IMG/VR virus record: IMGVR_UViG_3300037042_006844
Coordinates: 124,001 to 188,000 of that record
Reading direction: 5' to 3' (one strand)
DNA length: 64,000 nucleotides
Shown piece after piece: positions 56,515 to 64,000 of the stretch. Both the position numbers and the translations under genes were made by a program. The notes below the pieces were generated by a model. That model was given only the letters and a program-made list of their open reading frames with translations. It was not told the origin of the DNA and did no database searches. How positions within the stretch are numbered: the first letter of the stretch is position 1; every line of letters begins with the position of its first letter.

Positions 56515-59157
56515 TCAATCTTCATCCCAAATTTTGATTTTGCTCCAGCTAGAGTCCTTGAAATAAATATCGGGTTCACCAAAATGATCCAGTGCTGCTT
56601 GCACAACATTACCACTGCCCCAATAGTTTCCAGTTATGAATCCTTCTGGACGAATTTTTGGCAGCCATTGGGCAAGCAAACGCCAGTTATACTGATAGCT
56701 TTTGTATTCATTGAGATAAATCAGATCGATACTCCCTGGTTCAAACCGATCAGCAGCTTCCATTGCATCAACATCTTCAATGACTTTGACGCACGGATAT
56801 GATGCTGTGCGCAGATTAAAATTGTGCCGCACATCATCCAACGCAATGCTTTTTGGCCAGCTATCATCAATTTTATCAAATTGATCTACGACCCACAGTT
56901 CTTCTGGTTGTAGATACTTTGCGAGCAACGATGTGGCTTCGCCTTGATAACAGTTGATTTCGACGATGCGTTTGATTTTGAAATTGCGCTCGGTTTGATT
57001 TTTGTTGACGTAATTACAGAAATCGATGAACCCTGTGAGATATATTTTGGCTGGGTTATCCAACATGCTCAAAAATTTGATATCACTATCGGTGGCAAAA
57101 AACTGCTCTTGAACACCTATGCCAATGCGGCTGTTTTGAATCATGCGCAATTTGTTTTTATTGCTTTGCATTCGCTTTTTGTTGATCCGCTTGACCCAAC
57201 TACCATCTTCAAAATGGGCATCGATATTGCTCACCGTATCGGTGATAGTTTTGACCACACTGTCGCTACCCCATTCTCCGCCACCAATCACGCCGCCATC
57301 GCGTAATTTGGGCAGATACAAATCCAACAACTGCTTGATCATGCTGGCTGAGTTATTGGTTCCGATGTAAATGAAATCCAAACTGCCGTCCGCAAACTGT
57401 TTTGCCGCACCCACGATATCTGTGTCGTAGTGTCTAATACATGGATACTGCTTGGAACGCAGAAAAAAGTTGTGCTTTACATCATCCCATTTATGTTTGA
57501 AAATAGTTTCGTCGTCGTTAACAACGTCACCGCTGATGCGGCTTTCAAACGACTCGACTGCATGTAAACTCGTTGGATTGAATTTATGCGCAAAAATAGT
57601 GGTCAATTCTCCTTGGAAACTATTGAGTTCCAATATATTTTTGACTGGGGTTTTGCTGCTAACATAGTCGCACAAATCCAAGGCACCTTGAAGCGGGGCA
57701 GGCACAAAATATGGTGTGTCGAGAATGAAATCAATGCTTTGCTGGCTTACATAAAATTGGTTGCTCACGCCTTGATCTGTTGCGGGAACTCCCAGACGAA
57801 ACTTTTTAACTGACGTAATCAGTGGTATTGTTGCCATATGTTTTGTATAATAATCTGTATTATTAGATTCTGTTGGTTCTGTTAATTTTGTTGATCTTAT
57901 TCTGGCTGAGTGAGTGATCCAAGTTGAATCTGAAAAGAAAACATCGGGTTCTCCAATAGTCTCTAAACATGCATTGACCACCTCACCATTACCCCAACCA
58001 ATCCCGGCAATAATGCCATTCTTTTTAAGTTTTGGTAATGCCCGTGCGATAAGCGATTTCAAATAATCTTTATTGCTGTGCTCGTTGATGTAAACCAAAT
58101 CAATACTATCATCCGCAAACAGGTCTGTCAACACAGTTTCGGGACTAAATTTGAGGGGCTTGACGCACGGATACGGTTTGATTCTGAATTTGAAATTCGA
58201 TTCGACCTTTTGCATGTCCAAAGCCGACTGGGAAATTTTCGGCTGTTTGTCGAACTTTTCAACGGCATACAAACTGGTTGGAGCTAGATATTTTGCAAAC
58301 AGTTCAGTGGTCTCACCTTGATAGCAATTGATCTCCACAACGGTGTCCAGTTTTTGACCTTTTAGATGGTCAAAAAAACTTAAAATTGCTTTGGTTTGAT
58401 CGGTCTGGTCGTTTTCCAACAACCAAGCAATATCATCGTCGCAAGCAGTAAACGACTTGGATATGCTTACTCCCAATCGGGTATTTGGAAGAACATACAG
58501 ACCCGCATTGCGTTTGATACGAGGCGTTACTTTTACCAACCAACTACTATCATCAAAATGTATATCGACATCGCCAAACGCTTCAATGATGGCTTTGGTC
58601 ACTCCACCCTTGCCGAGATCGTGACCGCCCATGTAACCACCCAATTTAATTTTTGGTAGATATGTGTTGATGTCTCGTATCACGCCTTCATAAGTATGAT
58701 CTCCGTCAATATACACAAAATCCAAACTGTTGTCCGCAAACATATCAACAGTGTCATAGCTGAATTTTTTGATATGTCTGACACATTCAAACGGCTCGGT
58801 TCGTAATTTGAAATTGTAGCTGACATCGTCAAAATTTGCAAATGAGCTATCATCGTTCGCATCATATCCATTCACAAACGGATCGATGGCATACAAATCT
58901 TTTGGATTGAACTGCATTGCGAATAAACTGGTGCTTTCACCTTGATAGCTTCCGATCTCCACCATTCGTTCAACGGTAGTATCATTTTTTACATGATCAA
59001 TACATGCAAGAAGTCCACGCAGCCAGTTATTTTGAAATAACTCGTCGTGATTCAAGATATACTCAATGTTTTCCTTGGTGGCAAAAAATTGCCTACCACC
59101 GAGACCGGTGCCCAATCGCATACAAGGCAATGTTGTGCGTAACAATGAGTTATCCAT
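56515..59157 (-). CDS. four-domain Methyltransf_24-like protein
   Basis: four repeats of E(I/L)xxxQGE...D(F/L)(V/I)Y...LPK...G...F.D.SW. Confidence 0.85.
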   Translation of the reverse strand: MDNSLLRTTLPCMRLGTGLGGRQFFATKENIEYILNHDELFQNNWLRGLLACIDHVKNDTTVERMVEIGSYQGESTSLFAMQFNPKDLYAIDPFVNGYDANDDSSFANFDDVSYNFKLRTEPFECVRHIKKFSYDTVDMFADNSLDFVYIDGDHTYEGVIRDINTYLPKIKLGGYMGGHDLGKGGVTKAIIEAFGDVDIHFDDSSWLVKVTPRIKRNAGLYVLPNTRLGVSISKSFTACDDDIAWLLENDQTDQTKAILSFFDHLKGQKLDTVVEINCYQGETTELFAKYLAPTSLYAVEKFDKQPKISQSALDMQKVESNFKFRIKPYPCVKPLKFSPETVLTDLFADDSIDLVYINEHSNKDYLKSLIARALPKLKKNGIIAGIGWGNGEVVNACLETIGEPDVFFSDSTWITHSARIRSTKLTEPTESNNTDYYTKHMATIPLITSVKKFRLGVPATDQGVSNQFYVSQQSIDFILDTPYFVPAPLQGALDLCDYVSSKTPVKNILELNSFQGELTTIFAHKFNPTSLHAVESFESRISGDVVNDDETIFKHKWDDVKHNFFLRSKQYPCIRHYDTDIVGAAKQFADGSLDFIYIGTNNSASMIKQLLDLYLPKLRDGGVIGGGEWGSDSVVKTITDTVSNIDAHFEDGSWVKRINKKRMQSNKNKLRMIQNSRIGIGVQEQFFATDSDIKFLSMLDNPAKIYLTGFIDFCNYVNKNQTERNFKIKRIVEINCYQGEATSLLAKYLQPEELWVVDQFDKIDDSWPKSIALDDVRHNFNLRTASYPCVKVIEDVDAMEAADRFEPGSIDLIYLNEYKSYQYNWRLLAQWLPKIRPEGFITGNYWGSGNVVQAALDHFGEPDIYFKDSSWSKIKIWDED

Positions 59158-59168
59158 AACGTATTTTT

Positions 59169-59381
59169 TTAGTCTTTCAAGTATTGCAAATTTTTGGTGA
59201 AACACTGAAAGCATAATTGCCCAGCACCTTCCACATAATGGTTGCGAAACTCAATGTGCAATGCTTTTGGAACACTCGTTTTTTTATTGCATAGAATGCA
59301 ACGTTCAAACTGAGAGTCTTTTTCAGACTCGACGGGAACATTGCCAGCAATGATGGCTTTCTGTGGAACATTATTATTCAT
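59169..59381 (-). CDS. small zinc-finger phage protein
   Basis: CILC...R..YVEGAGQLC..C. Confidence 0.7.
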   Translation of the reverse strand: MNNNVPQKAIIAGNVPVESEKDSQFERCILCNKKTSVPKALHIEFRNHYVEGAGQLCFQCFTKNLQYLKD

Positions 59382-59405
59382 GTATTTGACCTATAACTAT
59401 TTGCT

Positions 59406-60706
59406 ATGAACTACCCACCTGCTAAAGCAGGTGGGTTTCCACCGCAATAGTTATGAGTTTCTATCGGGTAGTTCCTACCCGTATTAAACGTTGTCTTTGG
59501 AAATGAGAAGTCCAAGATATTCTTGGCAGCATTCACATCTCTATCGTGTTTCTCATTACAATCTGGGCAAGTCCATTCTCTATCATTTAATGTAAGAGAA
59601 TGATTAACATATCCACAATGAGAACACGTCTTACTGGATGGTTCAAATCTACCTATTTTTAGGAAGTTCTTACCATACCAGTCGCTTTTATATTGGAGCA
59701 TATTTACAAATTTTCCCCAAGCATAATCTCCTATGAGTTTATTAGTTGGTGAATAGTTGTTCTTCTGCATCCCCCGAATGGTTAAATCCTCAATACAGAT
59801 ATTACCAATTTGGTTATCATTGGTTAGTTTGTATGAGAGTTTATCCAAGAAATCTTTGCGTTGTCTTGTTATTTTAGAATGGAGTTTGGTTATCTGCTCT
59901 TGCTTGGAGATATGAGCAGTAGAACCTTTAGTGAGTTGCTCCAAATCCTGTTGGTGTTTAGTAAGTTTATCAGCAGATTGTTTCAATACCTTCGGGTTCT
60001 CAATCTTTGTTCCATCATTCAGAGTAAGAAATGTTTTTACTCCAAAATCTATTCCTATTGCTTTATCCTTTTTTGGTGTTGGTTTCTTTGATAGTTCTTT
60101 TTCAACCTCTACAAGAATGGAAACATAGTATCGTTTATCTCTGTCTTGGGATACGATTGCTTGTTTAATCGTTCCTTCTGCTTGTCGGTCAAAGATACAT
60201 TTAATGCCTCCACGAAACTTTGGAATGACTAATCGCTTTCCATCATAGTTCAACTTAATGTTGTTATTAGTCATTGGGACAACGAACGATTTACGAGCAT
60301 ACTTCTTCGACTTAAACTTTGGAAATCCAGCATTGGAACGAAAGAAGGAAGTATATGCTCTATCCAAGTTGAGGATGGATTGCTGTAGCGATTGAGAACC
60401 TATCTCACTCAACCATTCATTTGTCTTTTTCAACTTTGGAAGTTCAGTTGCCATATCCTGCCAGTTCAATGTTTTCTTGGTTTCTTTGTAATGCTTAATC
60501 TTTACTTCAAGGAAATGGTTGTATATCCATCGGCAGTGTCCAAAATGCTTGGACAAAAGAACCTCTTGTTCCTTGGTAGGATATATTCTGTATTTGTAAG
60601 CAACGTTATACATTCTACAACATACATATCATTCACTTTCTAAAAACGATTAATTATTTTTCAATGGGTCGCATTCATCCCATATGGGGTTTCTGCTCCC
60701 TCAAAG
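59406..60706 (-). mobile_element. IS200/IS605-family tnpB-only element
   Basis: right-end hairpin acccacctgctaaagcaggtgggt; shortened left-end hairpin at 60665-60706. Confidence 0.88.
59411..60613 (-). CDS. tnpB: TnpB RNA-guided nuclease
   Basis: AYKYRIYP HTH, GIDFG, IEDL, CSHC/CPDC, DRDVNAA. Confidence 0.95.
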   Translation of the reverse strand: MYNVAYKYRIYPTKEQEVLLSKHFGHCRWIYNHFLEVKIKHYKETKKTLNWQDMATELPKLKKTNEWLSEIGSQSLQQSILNLDRAYTSFFRSNAGFPKFKSKKYARKSFVVPMTNNNIKLNYDGKRLVIPKFRGGIKCIFDRQAEGTIKQAIVSQDRDKRYYVSILVEVEKELSKKPTPKKDKAIGIDFGVKTFLTLNDGTKIENPKVLKQSADKLTKHQQDLEQLTKGSTAHISKQEQITKLHSKITRQRKDFLDKLSYKLTNDNQIGNICIEDLTIRGMQKNNYSPTNKLIGDYAWGKFVNMLQYKSDWYGKNFLKIGRFEPSSKTCSHCGYVNHSLTLNDREWTCPDCNEKHDRDVNAAKNILDFSFPKTTFNTGRNYPIETHNYCGGNPPALAGG

Positions 60707-60719
60707 ATAAATATAGTGG

Positions 60720-61058
60720 TTACTTCCAAACTACTTGCAACACCACTATTAGAACACTAAGTCCAATCAATGTCAAGGTTTTTGGAGTAAGCTGCTCGTT
60801 AAAATAAAACGTGGTTAGTATAGTAAACATTAACATTCCAATACTGAACGTAAATATCCTATTAGGCCAGATTTTGCCGTCGAAATGCTCGCTGATCAGT
60901 TTAACGCTGTAAATTGATAATAATGTATTGGGCATCGACAATAACAACATTGGATACTGGTATCGTTTGAATGCTTCGTGCAAAAACTGCCCATATAGTT
61001 GGTGCCAGCCAACTACATATACGATTACCAATAAACATAGTCCGTAAAACAGTTTCAT
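60720..61058 (-). CDS. four-TM membrane protein (DMT/SMR-like topology)
   Basis: four hydrophobic segments. Confidence 0.6.
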   Translation of the reverse strand: MKLFYGLCLLVIVYVVGWHQLYGQFLHEAFKRYQYPMLLLSMPNTLLSIYSVKLISEHFDGKIWPNRIFTFSIGMLMFTILTTFYFNEQLTPKTLTLIGLSVLIVVLQVVWK

Positions 61059-61315
61059 CGGTTGGAGTTCATTGTTACAATGAACCCGGGGGTATTGAGT
61101 CCAACCCAAGCATCTTGTTGGTTATAATGGTGGAATTCCATAGCCTCATTCTCGGTCATGCCATCGTCCATAAGCTTTTGCAGCACTTTGTCGGTATCAT
61201 ATACAACATATTCGCCGCTACCACTACGGGATCCAATACCAGCGATACAGTCGTCGTATCCATCCATTGTGATGAGTTCGTTCGTTTCAATATACTCCTG
61301 TAAACTTGTTTTCAT
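61055..61315 (-). CDS. conserved hypothetical phage protein
   Basis: DGYDDCIAG...VVYD...DGM...EA.E...YN...AWVG..TP. Confidence 0.7.
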   Translation of the reverse strand: MKTSLQEYIETNELITMDGYDDCIAGIGSRSGSGEYVVYDTDKVLQKLMDDGMTENEAMEFHHYNQQDAWVGLNTPGFIVTMNSNR

Positions 61316-61860
61316 TTGGGGCTTAGATATCCGTGCTTAATGTAGTGAATAATGTTTTCTCGTCCAACCGGGTCCATGCTGTGAACCAAAAACGATGGAT
61401 GTGCTACGCCCTCTTTTCTGCATTCTTCGCACAAAAATCTGGCGCAGTCATAACCAGTTTTTTCGTCAGTGATCGGACCATCATAATGATGATCATTCTC
61501 CTCCAGAATGTGGTCGTAACAAACGAACTCAGGAATTCCTTTGCTGCGAATAACATCGCAAAATGCATCGTAGTTTCTCACAATTGTCCATTCAGTTGGA
61601 ATGGTTGGGAGTGTAACCCAATAAACCCAATCAGGCATTCGGATATCGTCAAGAAAAAGATAGTATGGTTGCATAGAGTTTTCTTCCAGATGTAGAGTAT
61701 ACATCACTTCTCCATCGTTGTAAAGACAATCGTTGGTTCTCTCGACCTTTTTGACCACGATCCCATTTCTGCCATAATGGGCAATAATTTCGTCCAACTG
61801 TTCGGCAGTTTTGACTTTATGTAGCTGAATTGAATTGTTGTTGATAATATCTCGCATCAT
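61312..61860 (-). CDS. cyclic-phosphate-processing receiver-domain protein with N-terminal extension
   Basis: LFLDDIR, VRNY, YDH.L, TGYDCA..L, HSM.P.GR.NI. Confidence 0.75.
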   Translation of the reverse strand: MMRDIINNNSIQLHKVKTAEQLDEIIAHYGRNGIVVKKVERTNDCLYNDGEVMYTLHLEENSMQPYYLFLDDIRMPDWVYWVTLPTIPTEWTIVRNYDAFCDVIRSKGIPEFVCYDHILEENDHHYDGPITDEKTGYDCARFLCEECRKEGVAHPSFLVHSMDPVGRENIIHYIKHGYLSPK

Positions 61861-61897
61861 TTAGATACTTATATGTAGTTGAGTTGCGTTATAAATA

Positions 61898-62593
61898 ATG
61901 AAAATCGGAATAATAACAATGGCAGCGGGAAGAGTTTACAGAGAATATGCTCAACGACTTTTGGATTCTCTGCATTTATTTCTACCAATTCACGAACGAA
62001 CAGTTATCATTCTTGGCGACGATACCACCAATCATTCCAGTCTGGCAATACGAACGCTGTATATTCCACCGTTGCCAAAACCACTGAACACTTTACTGCG
62101 ATTTCATTATATAAAACAATGCGATCTGTCGGAGTTTGATTTGATTTATTATATAGATGCCGACTGTGAAGTGGTCGTTCCAATAGGAGACGAAATTTTT
62201 CCAGATAAACAGGGGCAATTGTGTGTGGTAAAACACCCTTGGGCAGATAAATGTGGTTACGGTTTGGGACCGGATGATTTTTACGAAAGAAATCCTCTAT
62301 CGCAAGCCGCAACGTCCGATCCTCGTAACGGTATTTACTACCAAGGGTGTTTTTTTGGCGGGTATCGTGATGATTTTCTGACTATGGTAGAATTGTTGGA
62401 TAAAAATGTCAAGCTGGATTTGAACAACCGAATCATTGCCAAATGGCATGACGAGTCCCACATGAACAAATATTTCATCGACAATCCACCAAAAGAATTG
62501 TCGCCATCATATGCTTATCCTGGGTGCGATTCGTATCGTGGTATATTTCCAGCCTACATCAAACACTGGAACAATGCTTGGGACGATAAATAG
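61898..62593 (+). CDS. glycosyltransferase family 6
   Basis: YIDAD, YERNP.S.A, YYQG.FFGG, WHDESHMNKYF. Confidence 0.88.
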   Translation: MKIGIITMAAGRVYREYAQRLLDSLHLFLPIHERTVIILGDDTTNHSSLAIRTLYIPPLPKPLNTLLRFHYIKQCDLSEFDLIYYIDADCEVVVPIGDEIFPDKQGQLCVVKHPWADKCGYGLGPDDFYERNPLSQAATSDPRNGIYYQGCFFGGYRDDFLTMVELLDKNVKLDLNNRIIAKWHDESHMNKYFIDNPPKELSPSYAYPGCDSYRGIFPAYIKHWNNAWDDK

Positions 62594-62596
62594 CAG

Positions 62597-63721
62597 TTAT
62601 ACAGCAACGTCCATTTTGATTGTTGGATGCGAACCATAATCGATCAGTTTTATGTCGTCATACTTGAAATCAAACAAAGATTTGATTTCGGGATTCAGCC
62701 GCAATTCTGGCAGCTTCATTGGCTCACGTAGCAGTTGCTCCTTAACACCATCCATATGGTTAACATAGATATGCAAATCTCCATATGTGTGAGTGAACAC
62801 ACCTGGCACCATGTTGACAACGTGGGCAACCATAGCGGTCAGTAAACAATATGATGTTATGTTAAAAGGAACTCCGAGTCCCAAATCACAGCTGCGTTGG
62901 TAGAGCAAACAATTCAAACGGCGGTTTGGAATATCCATTACATCAAACAATTCAATCATTTTGGTCTCGGGTTCAGCAATCAAATCGCCACCCTTAGCCA
63001 AATATAATTGAAAACGTTCATCGTAGGTCAATTCTTCTGTATGAAACTGAAACAAACAATGACATGGCGGGAGAGCGCAATGATCAACCCAATAGGGATG
63101 CCATGACGACACAATCATTCTTCTGTCGTCGGGGTTAGTTTTGAGTTTGTCCACGACCTTTTTGAGTTGGTCAACTATCCCTTCCATTGGATGATAAAAC
63201 TTTTGCTCGCCACCGTTTGGGTTTGGGACTTCCCGCTCATAGAAATAGGGAAATGCTCTCCACATTCCTCCATAAGTTCCTTCACCAAGTTCGCCAAACT
63301 GTTTTGCGAAATTCACATCTTCTTTTATCTTTTGAACAAACTCGTCTTGAGTATACGGATTTGCACTACGACATCCAGATAGTCTGGTTCCATAAATACT
63401 TATCCTGCCGCCTGCGGTCTCAAACCACTTTTTGTATTTTGCATACGCCCATTCATCCCAGATTCGAACGTCGTTGTCCACAAAGTATTTGATGTTGGTG
63501 TTGCCGCTGATAAACCAAAGCAATTCGTGGACGATTGCCCGAAAATAAACCTTTTTTGTAGTTAAAATCGGAAATGCCTCCAAATTCACATCAAACTTGG
63601 CTTGAGCACCGAAGACCCCAAGGGTATCAATGCCAGTGCGATTTTTTTTGAGCCGCCCATTTGTTAATACGTTATTCAGCAGCTTAAAATATTCGGCATC
63701 TACGTTATTAATGTTGTTCAT
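62597..63721 (-). CDS. thyA: thymidylate synthase
   Basis: RTG, PILTTK, ELLWF, IWDEW, LPPCH, YQRSCD..LGVPFN, HIY.NH. Confidence 0.97.
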   Translation of the reverse strand: MNNINNVDAEYFKLLNNVLTNGRLKKNRTGIDTLGVFGAQAKFDVNLEAFPILTTKKVYFRAIVHELLWFISGNTNIKYFVDNDVRIWDEWAYAKYKKWFETAGGRISIYGTRLSGCRSANPYTQDEFVQKIKEDVNFAKQFGELGEGTYGGMWRAFPYFYEREVPNPNGGEQKFYHPMEGIVDQLKKVVDKLKTNPDDRRMIVSSWHPYWVDHCALPPCHCLFQFHTEELTYDERFQLYLAKGGDLIAEPETKMIELFDVMDIPNRRLNCLLYQRSCDLGLGVPFNITSYCLLTAMVAHVVNMVPGVFTHTYGDLHIYVNHMDGVKEQLLREPMKLPELRLNPEIKSLFDFKYDDIKLIDYGSHPTIKMDVAV

Positions 63722-63732
63722 AGTTACCATTT

Positions 63733-63999
63733 TTATTGTTTTTTATGACAATTGGTTTTTTGAACACTAGGAACTATAAATTCCTTGCTTGCAACATTCC
63801 AATAGAAACCATTTCTATTTCGTTGCTGCAATCGTTCTTGCTTCGTTATCGGCACAAGATTGAAAGACAAATTCAAAGAAGCATTCAAATCTGCGTCAAG
63901 TTCACATTGACATTTCCCACATTTGAATCTCTTACTTTTACGGTTATCCTTCCGAGTCCAACCACATGACGAACATCTTTGACTTGTATATGTTGGATT
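63733..63999 (-). CDS. tnpB: TnpB C-terminus (partial; not in ORF track)
   Basis: manual translation NPTYTSQRCSSCG...FKCGKC...DADLNASLNL. Confidence 0.85.
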   Translation of the reverse strand, partial: NPTYTSQRCSSCGWTRKDNRKSKRFKCGKCQCELDADLNASLNLSFNLVPITKQERLQQRNRNGFYWNVASKEFIVPSVQKTNCHKKQ

Positions 64000-64000
64000 T

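Noticed and set aside
62597-63721. Intron or intein in thyA
   Set aside because: ORF is continuous; the insertions are short loops without splicing motifs
1-64000. Stop-codon reassignment
   Set aside because: Conserved genes are intact in code 11, TAG and TGA end genes at expected positions, and no suppressor tRNA is seen

Overview
A 64-kb segment of a large lytic tailed phage (jumbo/T4-like gene content, standard code 11). It carries a helicase C-terminus, rIIA/rIIB, DNA ligase, RNA ligase plus Pnk-like kinase and phosphoesterases, Thg1, SpoU, ClpP, thyA, nadV plus prs, a coaD-coaE fusion, glycosyl- and methyltransferases, two fibre-like proteins and a 6-tRNA array. A PEP-CTERM protein, an exported EF-hand-like protein and two periplasmic c-type cytochromes point to a diderm host; Verrucomicrobia/PVC is my inference. 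Two promoter classes are visible: sigma70-like TTGACN-N16/17-TANNNT, often 6-9 nt before the ATG (leaderless), and a TANKTAT motif before putative late genes. Main observations: (1) four tnpB elements plus solo IS-end hairpins, inserted at start codons or in the putative late-promoter motif; (2) several unannotated structured RNAs (a pseudoknotted RNA and a CCA-ended non-cloverleaf RNA in the tRNA array, a hairpin sRNA, a 200-nt nadV leader); (3) tandem cytochromes c inside the tRNA array; (4) atypical tRNAs (Ile-UAU with a long V-arm, Gly-like ACC); (5) a 1.7-kb gene-free, iteron-like region bounded by a 17-bp direct repeat. All calls come from motif reading by eye; no searches were run.
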